Part shown: positions 48,794-58,570 of the stretch, piece by piece | How the letters are laid out: every line of letters starts with the position of its first letter | Numbering within the stretch: the stretch's first letter is position 1 | From: an uncultured Spirochaetota bacterium | Lineage (GTDB): Bacteria > Spirochaetota > Spirochaetia > SZUA-6 > Fen-1364 | Assembly: GCA_963781885.1 (NCBI GenBank) | Contig: CAWAHW010000004.1 | Location: 256,001-320,000 of the forward strand | Length of the DNA stretch: 64,000 nucleotides | Direction of reading: 5' to 3' | The notes under the pieces: generated by a model | Seen by the model: only the letters and a program-made list of their open reading frames with translations | The model's database searches: none | What the model was told of the DNA's origin: nothing | Translations under genes and position numbers: made by a program

Positions 48794-50184
48794 AAAGCCC
48801 GCCCCAGCCTGCCTTCGCGGTTGCGGTTGTCGACGACGACCGGAGCATCCTGGACGCCGTGACCGGGGTCTTGCACGCCGCGGGCATCACGAACACCGTC
48901 GTCGTTCAGGAGTCGTCGACCCTGCTGGAGGTCGTCGGACAAAGGGATATCGGCATGGTGCTCATGGACCTCGCGATGCCTGGCCTCTCGGGCGAGGAGC
49001 TGATACCCCTTCTCAAACAGGATCATCCGGGCATCCCGATCATCGTCATCACGGCAAACCACGAGGTGGACAAGGCCGTGGCGTGCATGAAGGCAGGGGT
49101 GGATGATTACCTCACGAAGCCCTTCGAGCCCGCGAAGCTCATCGCCACCGTCCGGCGTTTCGTGGAGATCCAGGAGCTTCGCCGCGAAAATGCCGCCCTG
49201 GGGCAGACATACCTCTCCGCGGACCTCCGCCATCCCGAGGCGTTCTCCGAGCTTGTCACGGCGGATGCAAAGATGCGACGTCTCTTCGGCTACGCCGAGA
49301 CCGTTGCCGCCACGCGGCACGTGGTCCTTATCACCGGTGAGACGGGCGTCGGCAAGGAGCTGATGGCACGCGCCATCCACGGGATCAGCGGCCGGGCCGG
49401 CGCGTACGTTACCGTGAACGTCGCCGGGCTGGATGAATCCATGTTTGCCGACACACTGTTCGGGCACCGCATGGGCGCCTTCACCGGCGCCTCGGCGCGC
49501 CTCTCCGGTCTCATTGAAAAGGCATCCGGGGGCACGCTGTTTCTCGACGAGATAGGGGACCTCGCGCTGGGGAGCCAGATCAAGCTTCTCCGGCTCCTGG
49601 AGAGCGGGGAGTACTATCCCCTGGGATCCGATATCGTGCACACCTCCAATGCGCGCATCATCGTTGCGACGAACGTGAACGTCGCAGAGGGCTTCCATGC
49701 GGAAAACTTCCGCAAGGACCTCTACTACAGGATCAAGACGCACCACATCAACATCCCGCCTCTTCGGGAACGCCCCCTGGACATTCCTTTGCTGCTCCGG
49801 CATTTCATCTCTGCATCCGCCCGGGAGCTGGGCAGAAAGCCTCCGGAGCCGTCTCCCCCGCTCATTCCCCTCCTTCTTTCCCATTCATTTCCCGGAAACG
49901 TCCGCGAGCTGAAGTCGATGGTCTTCGACGCCATGAGCCGGCATGTTTCGGGCGACCTGTCCGTCGAGCTCTTCGAGACGGGTCTCGCGCAACGGAGCAG
50001 GCAGCCGGGCGCCGACGGTCCAGACGGGCATGCTGGCCCGAAGCTGACGATCAAGGAGACCGTGGACCGGCTCGTCGAAGAAGCAATGAAAAGCTGCAAC
50101 GGCAACATGAAGGCCGCGGCCCGCATCCTCGGAATCACCCCGCAGGCGCTCGGGCAACGTCTGAAGCGAAGAACGCTGAGCTAG
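48790..50184 (+). CDS. Sigma54-dependent response regulator (NtrC-like REC-AAA+-Fis)
   Basis: VVDDD, MDLAMP, GETGVGKE, GAFTGA, FLDEIG, FPGNVREL, Fis HTH. Confidence 0.95.
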   Translation: MKSPPQPAFAVAVVDDDRSILDAVTGVLHAAGITNTVVVQESSTLLEVVGQRDIGMVLMDLAMPGLSGEELIPLLKQDHPGIPIIVITANHEVDKAVACMKAGVDDYLTKPFEPAKLIATVRRFVEIQELRRENAALGQTYLSADLRHPEAFSELVTADAKMRRLFGYAETVAATRHVVLITGETGVGKELMARAIHGISGRAGAYVTVNVAGLDESMFADTLFGHRMGAFTGASARLSGLIEKASGGTLFLDEIGDLALGSQIKLLRLLESGEYYPLGSDIVHTSNARIIVATNVNVAEGFHAENFRKDLYYRIKTHHINIPPLRERPLDIPLLLRHFISASARELGRKPPEPSPPLIPLLLSHSFPGNVRELKSMVFDAMSRHVSGDLSVELFETGLAQRSRQPGADGPDGHAGPKLTIKETVDRLVEEAMKSCNGNMKAAARILGITPQALGQRLKRRTLS

Positions 50185-50367
50185 GGCAACTTTCCAACCA
50201 CGGCGAAAGATTTCTTTTCGTCACGCCAAGTGCCGACGAGACAAGCCTTTAGGCATGTTGGCGGCCGCTGAAAGCAAAGAAAACATTCCTTTCGAGCAAT
50301 CTCCCGGCGCTTGAAGCGCATTGCGTAACTCATTCCGCAGAAAAGAGTTGCATGATGTTGCAACCCG

Positions 50368-50383
50368 TGGCATGCGACTTGCA
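50368..50383 (+). promoter_or_regulatory. Sigma54 (-24/-12) promoter of cheW-mcp
   Basis: TGGCATGCGACTTGCA, with GG-N10-GC spacing. Confidence 0.8.
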
Positions 50384-50421
50384 AGTCATGGTCTGCGGAA
50401 ATCGGAAGAGAGGAGGCGCTG

Positions 50422-50958
50422 ATGATCGGTTCGATGATGAACGATGCAAAGGTGGACCAGGTGAAGCAGCTCATCAGCTTCACCGTGGGCGAGGTGGAAT
50501 ACGGCATGGAGCTGCTGCGGGTCAAGGAGGTTATTCGTGTCGGCGCAATTACGCGCATGCCCCGGGCCCCGGTCTTCCTCAAGGGGGTCATCAATCTCCG
50601 CGGGGAGATCATCCCTGTCATCGACCTGGGGGAGCGCTTCGGGCTGCCGCCGCGGGCGAACAGCGAGACAACGCGCTTGATCGTCGCGGAGATAGGGGAA
50701 AAATCCGTCGGCCTGCTGGTCGACGGCGTGAGTCACGTCATGCGGATCGCGCTCGACGAGATCGATTCCGAACCGGTCTGGCGCGACTGGCTCACGCGCA
50801 CGTTCGTGTCCGGCGTCGCGCGCGTCGACGATCGACTGGTCGTGCTTCTGGACATGGACGGTCTCCTCAGCGCGGACGAGCTTGCCGACATGGACGCCGG
50901 GTCAGGTTCCACGGGCGACGGCGAATCAAGGGACGCAATGCACGAGATCGTGCAGTAA
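50422..50958 (+). CDS. cheW: Chemotaxis coupling protein CheW
   Basis: [47 protein letters not shown]. Confidence 0.93.
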   Translation: MIGSMMNDAKVDQVKQLISFTVGEVEYGMELLRVKEVIRVGAITRMPRAPVFLKGVINLRGEIIPVIDLGERFGLPPRANSETTRLIVAEIGEKSVGLLVDGVSHVMRIALDEIDSEPVWRDWLTRTFVSGVARVDDRLVVLLDMDGLLSADELADMDAGSGSTGDGESRDAMHEIVQ

Positions 50959-50986
50959 CACATCGGAGCAAGGAGAGGAGTCGGAA

Positions 50987-52855
50987 ATGAAGAACATGAA
51001 AATGATCGTGAAGCTGCTCTTAAGCTTCAGCCTGGTGGCGCTCATCGTGCTGGCTGTCGGCTATTTCGGCCTGACGGGCTCCGCGGAATTGAGCGGCGGC
51101 GTCCACGACATCGGGGAAGGCTCCATGCCGTCCCTGGAGAATCTCATGGTCATCGACAAGGCGATGATGACGGTGGACGATTCGGAGAACGCCCTCATGG
51201 TGAAGGGCCTTTCAGGCGATCTCCAGCAGAGCGCTTTTGCGGCCTTCGACGCGGCAAAGAAGGACGCGGACGACGCGATAAAGACCTACACCTCCCTTTC
51301 CATGAGCGGCGATGAAGCCACCCTCTGGAAGCAGTTCACGCCGGCGTGGGAGGCATGGTGGAAGGATCACGAGACTCTGGTGGCCCTTGTCAAAGGGTAC
51401 GAAAGCGCCCCCACCGACCAGAACTACGGCAAGCTCACCCAGTGGGGGCTCGATACGAGCATGGCCTCCTTCAACGCGCTGGAAAAAATCGTCACCCCGC
51501 TTATCCAGCTGCAGAAAAAGGAGGCAGCGGACGGCGTGGCGGCCGCGGAGGCCACCGCCACACGCGTGCGCATCATCGCCATCGCGGGAATCGTCGCCGG
51601 GCCGCTCATCGCGATCCTCCTGGGAATCATCCTCGCCCTGTCCATCACGAGGCCGCTGGTGAAGAGCGTCAAGTTCGCCGAGCTGGTATCCTCGGGGGAC
51701 TTCACGCAGAACCTGAACATCCACCAGCGCGACGAGATCGGCGTCCTGTCGCACGCGCTCAACGACATGTCGGTGAAGCTGCGCGACATGGTGGCGACGA
51801 TCAAGACGAGCGCCCAGCAGGTCGCCGCCTCCAGCGAGGAGCTTTCCGCGACATCGCAGTCGCTCGCCGGCGGCGCCCAGAGCCAGGCATCGACCCTGGA
51901 GGAGACATCGGCCTCCATGGAAGAGCTCACGGCCTCCGTGGAGCAGGTGAGCGAGCACGCGCAGGGCCAGGCCGCCGCCGTGCAGCAGGGAGCCACGTCG
52001 ATGGCGCAGGTGCAGAAATCCATCGACGAGATTTCGCGAAGCCTTTCGGAGATATCGGGGCTCGCGGCCAAGTCCGTCGACAATGCGCAGGAAGGCACCC
52101 GGGCGGTTTCGCAGGTCGTGGACGGCATCTCACGGATCGCGGACAGTTCCGAAAAGATCGGGGGCATCGTCACGGTCATCTCGGAAATCGCCGACCAGAC
52201 GAACCTGCTTGCGCTCAACGCCTCCATCGAAGCGGCGCGCGCGGGCGAGCATGGACGCGGATTCGCCGTCGTGGCCGACGAGGTGAGCAAGCTGGCCGAT
52301 CGCAGCTCCTCCTCCACCAAGGAGATCGAGGGCCTGATCAAGGAAAGCGTGAAGAACGTCACGCGGGGGGTGGAGATCGCCAACGGCTCCCAGGGAGCGA
52401 TGGAGCAGATCCGCAATGCCTCGCAGAAGGTAAAGGACATGATCGCGGGGCTGACCGATTCGATGCAGCAGCAGGTGACGGCGGTCAAGGACCTGGCGGC
52501 GGCCCTGGAAAACGTGAGCGAGATGAGCCAGAGCATCTCCGCGGCCACCGAGCAGCAGAGCGCAAACGCGAAGCAGGTGTCCAAGGCCGTCGAAAGCGTC
52601 AACGAGCTCACGCAGGCGGCCGCCTCGTCGACGGAAGAAATGTCCTCCTCCACCGAGGAGCTGTCCGGCATGGCGCAGGAGCTCCAGCACATGACGGAGC
52701 AGTTCAAGATCGACGGCGAGTCCATCGCCGACGCCGAGTCGCCGGGACTGGCGGCAGCGGCAGGAGGCGGACATGGCGCGGGCAACGGCAACGGAAACGG
52801 CTCCAAGAACGGGAAGCCGGCGCTCGAGCTCGTTTCGCATGGCGCTCGCGCCTGA
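50987..52855 (+). CDS. Methyl-accepting chemotaxis protein (four-helix sensor, HAMP)
   Basis: Two TM helices, HAMP (RDEIGVL), [33 protein letters not shown]. Confidence 0.96.
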   Translation: MKNMKMIVKLLLSFSLVALIVLAVGYFGLTGSAELSGGVHDIGEGSMPSLENLMVIDKAMMTVDDSENALMVKGLSGDLQQSAFAAFDAAKKDADDAIKTYTSLSMSGDEATLWKQFTPAWEAWWKDHETLVALVKGYESAPTDQNYGKLTQWGLDTSMASFNALEKIVTPLIQLQKKEAADGVAAAEATATRVRIIAIAGIVAGPLIAILLGIILALSITRPLVKSVKFAELVSSGDFTQNLNIHQRDEIGVLSHALNDMSVKLRDMVATIKTSAQQVAASSEELSATSQSLAGGAQSQASTLEETSASMEELTASVEQVSEHAQGQAAAVQQGATSMAQVQKSIDEISRSLSEISGLAAKSVDNAQEGTRAVSQVVDGISRIADSSEKIGGIVTVISEIADQTNLLALNASIEAARAGEHGRGFAVVADEVSKLADRSSSSTKEIEGLIKESVKNVTRGVEIANGSQGAMEQIRNASQKVKDMIAGLTDSMQQQVTAVKDLAAALENVSEMSQSISAATEQQSANAKQVSKAVESVNELTQAAASSTEEMSSSTEELSGMAQELQHMTEQFKIDGESIADAESPGLAAAAGGGHGAGNGNGNGSKNGKPALELVSHGARA

Positions 52856-52972
52856 CGGTGGGCGCCGCCTAGAAAATGACGGGGGAGGAGGCAAGCCTTG
52901 ATGGGGTCGCAGGTGCGGCCGCGCCGGGAGATCCTCCCCGTCCTGTTGCAGGACTGAAAGAGAGACGTCCTT

Positions 52973-54277
52973 ATGGCGCGAGACCCGGATGCGGCCGTGG
53001 GCCTGGAGCCCGGCATCGAAGACGGCGCAAGGCTTTTTCGCGCGACGTACGACGCGGCGCGGGAGGGGATGCGCATGCGCGACATTTCCAATGGGGCGCC
53101 GGCCGGGCACTCCGCGCGCTTCTATGCCCGTCTCCTTCAGGAGGTCGGTCAGGCGGTGGTCGCCGTCGATCTCGACGGCAGGATCATCTACTGGAACAGG
53201 GCGGCAAGCGAGCTTTTCGGCTGGACGGAGGAGGAAATCCTGGCACGGAGCCTCGACGAGCTTCTCACGCCGCAGGAAGGGCGGGTCGGATTCGTGCGCG
53301 GTCCGGGCGAGCTGAGCGGCGGCGTCCATGGCCGCGAAGCCCTCGTCCGCGACAGGAGAGGAAGAGCCTTCCTCAGCCAGTTGAGCGCGTCATCCCTGTT
53401 GGACGAGGTTGGGGCGCGTGTCGGAACCGTCCTGACGGCGTTCGACCTCACGGCGCGCAAGCAGCTGGAAGAGGTGCTCCGGGAGAGCGAAGAGCGCTTT
53501 CACCAGGCGCAGAAGATGGAGCCGCTCGGCCGCCTGGCAGGAGGAATCGCCCATGACTTCAACAACATCCTCACCGTGATCAAGGGCTACTGCGAAATGA
53601 TCGTCCAGCGCGTGGCGGACGACGTCCGGGAGGATATGCGGGAGGTGCTCCGCGCCACGGAACGGGCGACAGCCCTCGCGTCCCAGCTCCTCGCGTTCAG
53701 CAGGAAGGAGGTTCCCCAGGCGCGCCTGGTCTCCCTCGGGCTCTTGACGGCGGCCATGCGCAACATGCTCCAAAGGCTGATCGGGGAAGACATCGATCTG
53801 CGCATCCACGTCGGCCGGGACGTATGGCTCATCCGCGCCGATCCGGTGAGGATCGAGCAGGTCATCATGAATCTCGCCGTGAACGCGCGGGACGCCATGC
53901 CGCACGGCGGGGCGCTCATGATCGCAACGGACGCTGCCGTCGTCGACCGCGTGCATCCCGCGGCGCTCCCCGGTGTGCCGGACGGCGAATACGTCGTGCT
54001 TACCGTGCGCGACACCGGCGTCGGAATGAGCCGGTCGATCCTGGAGCATATCTTCGAGCCATTTTTCACGACAAAGGAGAAAGGCAAGGGCACCGGGCTG
54101 GGCCTTGCGACAGTCAACGGGATCGTCAAACAGTGCGGCGGTTTCGTTCAATGCGCGAGCGCGCCGGGCGAAGGAACGACATTCACCGTCTGCTTCCCGC
54201 GGTGCCCGGAGGAGACTTTCAGCGGTTCAGAAGGCTCTCCACCCTCGCCTTCACCGTCGGCCAGTCCTCCGCGGTGA
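52973..54277 (+). CDS. PAS-domain sensor histidine kinase (cytoplasmic, no receiver)
   Basis: [44 protein letters not shown]. Start uncertain. Confidence 0.9.
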   Translation: MARDPDAAVGLEPGIEDGARLFRATYDAAREGMRMRDISNGAPAGHSARFYARLLQEVGQAVVAVDLDGRIIYWNRAASELFGWTEEEILARSLDELLTPQEGRVGFVRGPGELSGGVHGREALVRDRRGRAFLSQLSASSLLDEVGARVGTVLTAFDLTARKQLEEVLRESEERFHQAQKMEPLGRLAGGIAHDFNNILTVIKGYCEMIVQRVADDVREDMREVLRATERATALASQLLAFSRKEVPQARLVSLGLLTAAMRNMLQRLIGEDIDLRIHVGRDVWLIRADPVRIEQVIMNLAVNARDAMPHGGALMIATDAAVVDRVHPAALPGVPDGEYVVLTVRDTGVGMSRSILEHIFEPFFTTKEKGKGTGLGLATVNGIVKQCGGFVQCASAPGEGTTFTVCFPRCPEETFSGSEGSPPSPSPSASPPR

Positions 54278-54902
54278 TGCTGAAGAAGACCGAGTGACGG
54301 ACGCGGCCGTCATGCGTGATGACGTGATTGCGGAATACCCCTTCCTGCACGGCGCCGATGCGGAGGATGGCGTGCCGGGAGCGCTCGTTCAGAGAATCCG
54401 TCTTCAGCTCGATGCGCAGGACGTCCAGCGTCTCGAAGGCGTGGCGGAGCATCAGGTACTTCGCCTCCGTGTTCACGCCCGTGCGCTGCCATTCCCGCCC
54501 GATCCACGTCCAGCCTATTTCCATGCGCCGGTTCTTCGCGTCGATGTTCCCGAACCGGGTGGCGCCGACCACCGTATCGGGGCTTCCTTTTCCCCGCAGC
54601 ACGGTGACGAATGGAATCGCCGTCCCGTTCGCGCGGGAAGACAGGGCATCCTGTACGTAGCGTTCCATGTCGGCCCGCCCGGCGAAGCGTCCCGGCATGA
54701 AGTGAAAAATTTCCGCGTCGCCCCCCGCGGCGCAAAGGGCATCGAGGTGCCCCCGCTGCATCGGCTCGAGGCGCACGGTGGCCCCCTCGAGAACGGGAGC
54801 ATATTCGTCCGGTCGCGGTCTGCTTTCGCGGTGCGTGAAGGCGACGGGTCGCCCCTCCGCGTCGGTGGCGGGCCACGCCCCGCCCGGCGGTTGCTCCGTC
54901 AT
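54219..54902 (-). CDS. GNAT family N-acetyltransferase (RimJ/RimL-like)
   Basis: EIGWTWI..QRTGVNTEAKYLML..NERSRHAILRIGAVQEG. Confidence 0.9.
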   Translation of the reverse strand: MTEQPPGGAWPATDAEGRPVAFTHRESRPRPDEYAPVLEGATVRLEPMQRGHLDALCAAGGDAEIFHFMPGRFAGRADMERYVQDALSSRANGTAIPFVTVLRGKGSPDTVVGATRFGNIDAKNRRMEIGWTWIGREWQRTGVNTEAKYLMLRHAFETLDVLRIELKTDSLNERSRHAILRIGAVQEGVFRNHVITHDGRVRHSVFFSITAEDWPTVKARVESLLNR

Positions 54903-54993
54903 GCTTCCATAATACCCACGCGACCCCGCGCCGAGCCAGTCCGACGATCTCGTGGACTTCCCGCCGGGTCATAGCTATCTTGAATCTCAACTT

Positions 54994-56782
54994 GTGAAGC
55001 GGAAATCAGAGCACACAGGCCTCCGGGGCCTGAAGACACTGCTGCCCTATCTCAAAGAGCGATGGGTGATCCTTTCATCGGGCTTTGCCTTCATGCTCGT
55101 GCAGAATTACGGGGCGATGATGGTGCCCACCTATTTCCAGAAGATCCTGGATGAGGTGACCGGCGCCAATCGCGCGCCGGTCGTCTGGCACCTCATCGGC
55201 ATGGCCTGCCTCTGGGCGGGGATCACCGTTGTATCACTCTATGGCATGCGGCGGCTCATCATCGGGGCGTCGCGCACCATCGAATACAGCCTGCGCCGCC
55301 GCATCCACGGCCGGCTCCTGGAGCTGGACTACGCGTTCTTCCAGGCGCACGAGACTGGTGACCTCGTCTCGAGGACGACAAATGACCTCGACAATGTCCG
55401 CACCCTCCTGGGACCCGGCGTCATGTACATCCCCAACAGCCTCAGCATGTTCATCTTCTTCTTCCCCGTGCTTTTCCGTCTGAACGGCCCGCTGATGCTC
55501 GTGGTCTCGGGCGTGCTCGTGCTGGTGATCGCGCTGATCTTCGTGATCCTGCCCCGGCTCGGCGCCGCTCTATCGGCGCATCCAGGAAGCCACGGGGACG
55601 ATCAACAGCCGCGTATGGCAGGTGGTGTCCGGCATCGGAACGGTGAAGCTCCACACCATGGAAGACCGGGAGGAGGAGCGCTTCCGGGAGCTGAACCGCG
55701 ATTTCCTGAAGCGCAACATGGCAACCGTCAGGGTCCAGGAGTTTCTCTGGCCGCTCTTCGGTTTCGTCTTTGCCCTTACGCAGCTCGTGATCATCTTTGT
55801 CGGCGGGAGCTTCGTCATCCGCGGGGCCATGACCCTGGGGCAGCTCCTCCAGTTCAACGTCATGATCACTGCGCTCACCTTTCCCGTCCTCTCATTGGGC
55901 TGGATCATGTCGCTCCTCCAGCAGGGAATCAGCGCCATGGGGAGGATCAATACAATCCTGCACGGGCCCGACGAGATCCGGCAGGACTGGCAGAGCCCGG
56001 GCGCGGCGCACCTTTCTTTCGAGGTGAAGGGGCTCTCGTTCACCTACCCCAAGCAGACGAAGCCCGCCCTGCGCGACGTGAGCCTCACGATTCGCCCGGG
56101 CGAGTTCATCGGCATCACGGGGACGATCGGCAGCGGCAAAAGCACGCTGATCAACCTGCTGACCGGCCTCCTGCGACCGCCGCGCGGCGCGGTGTTCGTC
56201 AACGGCATCGACATCCGCGACGTCGAACCCGCAGAATTGTTCGCGCGCATGGGGATCGTGTCGCAGTCGCCCTTCCTGTTCTCGCGCAGCCTCGCGGCGA
56301 ACATCGCACTGGGGGCGGACGGAAAAGGAAGCGATGACGCAGTGCGGGAAGCGGCGACGCTGGCGGGGCTCAGCCACGACGTTGCCTCTTTTGCAGAAGG
56401 ATACGGCCAGCTCATCGGCGAAAGGGGCATCACGCTCTCGGGCGGGCAGAAGCAAAGGACGGCCATCGCGCGGGCGCTCCTGCGGCGCGGGTCGGTCGTG
56501 ATCCTCGACGATTCGCTTTCCAGCGTCGATGCGCGCACGGAGGCCGCGATCATCGACAATCTCCTCACGCTCCGCGCGAACAGGACGCTCATCGTCATCT
56601 CGCACCGCATCTCCCCGCTGAAGGCGGCAGACAGGATCTACGTGCTGGACGACGGGGCGATCGCGGAGGTAGGCACACACGCCGCGCTGGCGGATGGCAC
56701 GGGGCTGTATTCGCGGCTCGTGCGTCTCCAGCAGCTCGAGAAGAAGCTCGCGGACCCCGAGGAAGAAGAGGCGGTGGGCTGA
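54994..56782 (+). CDS. ABC exporter half-transporter, MdlA-like (apparent +1 frameshift near 55561)
   Basis: TM domain (TGDLVSRTTNDL) continues in a second frame to GTIGSGKS, LSGGQKQR and ILDD. Confidence 0.88.
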
Positions 56783-58560
56783 TGGCAGAGGCAAAGCGCT
56801 CCCGCGTCGCCGGCATCCGGCGCCTCATTCCGTACGTCCGCCGCCACGCATGGCTCGCCGTCGCCGGGCTGATTGCGCTGATCGTGATGGACCTTTTATC
56901 TGTCGTCCAGCCGTACCTCGTGAAAGTCGCCATCGACACGAACGTCGCCGCGCGCGACCTTGCGGGGCTCGGCCGCACCGTGCTGCTGCTGGGCATCGTG
57001 CTGGCGGGCGGTTTCGCGGTGCAGGTGCTCTTCGGCATCGGCATCCAGTACCTGGGACAGCGGCTTGTCTTCGACATCCGCATGGACCTTTACCGCAAGG
57101 TGCTCGGCCTCTCCAACGACTATTTCGACCGCACGCCGGTGGGCAAGACCCTCACCAACCTTTCCAACGACGTGGAGGCCCTGCGGGAGTTCATCGCCGA
57201 AGGTGTCGTGAGCATCGCCGGCGATCTATTGAAGGTCGCTTTCATCCTCGCCGCCATGGTCGTCATCAACCCGCGTCTTGCCCTCATCACGTTCATCACC
57301 ATCCCGCTCTTCGTCGGCGCCACCCTCGCCTTCCGCACGAGCATCCGCGCTGGCTACCGGGAGGTGCGCACCGCAAACGGCGAAATCAACGTCGCGCTGT
57401 CGGAGACCATCTCGGGTATCCGCGAGATTCACCAGTTCACCGGGGAGAAGGAGAGTCGGGAGGCCTTTGACCGGAGCAACACGCACTACCTCAAGGCGTA
57501 CCTGGGCATCGTGAACGCCTACGCCCTTTTCTTCCCCGCCATCGAGGTCATTGTCAATACGGCCATGATCCTCATCCTCCTGTTCGCCCACTTCGCCATC
57601 GGCATGTCGCTGCACGTCGGCGAGATCTTCGCGTTCTTCGCGTACGTGAACATGTTCTTCTGGCCGCTGCGCCAGCTTGCGGAGAGATTCAACCTCTTCC
57701 AGGCCGCGGTCGCGGCAACGGAGCGCATCTTCGTGCTCCTGGACGAAAAGGTGACGATTGTCTCACCGGCACCGTGGGAGCCTGCTGCCGACGGCGCGCG
57801 CGAGGGCGTGCGGACGCGGCGCGCGTCGGAAGTGGTCTTCGATCGCGTGAGCTTCCACTATTCGGAAGGCACGCCGATACTCCGCGACATTTCCATCCGG
57901 ATCGCACCGGGGGAGAAGGTCGCAATCGTCGGGCCGACGGGAAGCGGCAAGACCACGCTCATCAGCCTTCTCGCCCGGCTGTACGACGTGGTGGCGGGGC
58001 GCATCACGCTGGACGGCACCGATCTGCGGGGGATGCCGCTGCAGGAGCTGCGCCGCGCGGTGGCCACGGTGCCCCAGGATGTCTTCCTGTTCACGGGAAC
58101 CGTGGCGGACAACATCTCCCTCTATCAGCCGGACGTGGACGCGCCCACCATCGAGCATGCGTCACGCGAAGTGCATGCGGACCGGTTCATCGCCAACCTG
58201 CCCAATGGTTTTGCCGAAGAGGTCCGCGAGGAGGGGCGTCGCCTCTCCGAGGGCCAACGCCAGCTCCTGGGTCTGGCGCGCGCGTTTGCCCGCGACCCGT
58301 CGGTTGTCATCCTGGACGAGGCGACGTCCAACATCGATTCGGAGACCGAGCACCTGATCGAGGACGGCATCCACCGGCTCCTGGAGGGCCGCACCGCAAT
58401 CATCATCGCCCACCGGCTCTCAACCATCCGCACCGTGGACCGCATCCTCGTGCTCCACCACGGCGAGATCGTGCAGGAGGGCAGACACGAGGAGCTTGCC
58501 GCCCGCGACGGCCTGTACCGCGAGCTTTACGAGATGCAGTCGCTCCTGCTCGCGCGATAG
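56782..58560 (+). CDS. ABC exporter half-transporter, MdlB-like
   Basis: GPTGSGKT, LSEGQRQ, ILDEATS, IAHRLST. Confidence 0.93.
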   Translation: MAEAKRSRVAGIRRLIPYVRRHAWLAVAGLIALIVMDLLSVVQPYLVKVAIDTNVAARDLAGLGRTVLLLGIVLAGGFAVQVLFGIGIQYLGQRLVFDIRMDLYRKVLGLSNDYFDRTPVGKTLTNLSNDVEALREFIAEGVVSIAGDLLKVAFILAAMVVINPRLALITFITIPLFVGATLAFRTSIRAGYREVRTANGEINVALSETISGIREIHQFTGEKESREAFDRSNTHYLKAYLGIVNAYALFFPAIEVIVNTAMILILLFAHFAIGMSLHVGEIFAFFAYVNMFFWPLRQLAERFNLFQAAVAATERIFVLLDEKVTIVSPAPWEPAADGAREGVRTRRASEVVFDRVSFHYSEGTPILRDISIRIAPGEKVAIVGPTGSGKTTLISLLARLYDVVAGRITLDGTDLRGMPLQELRRAVATVPQDVFLFTGTVADNISLYQPDVDAPTIEHASREVHADRFIANLPNGFAEEVREEGRRLSEGQRQLLGLARAFARDPSVVILDEATSNIDSETEHLIEDGIHRLLEGRTAIIIAHRLSTIRTVDRILVLHHGEIVQEGRHEELAARDGLYRELYEMQSLLLAR

Positions 58561-58570
58561 ACGCGGCTCC

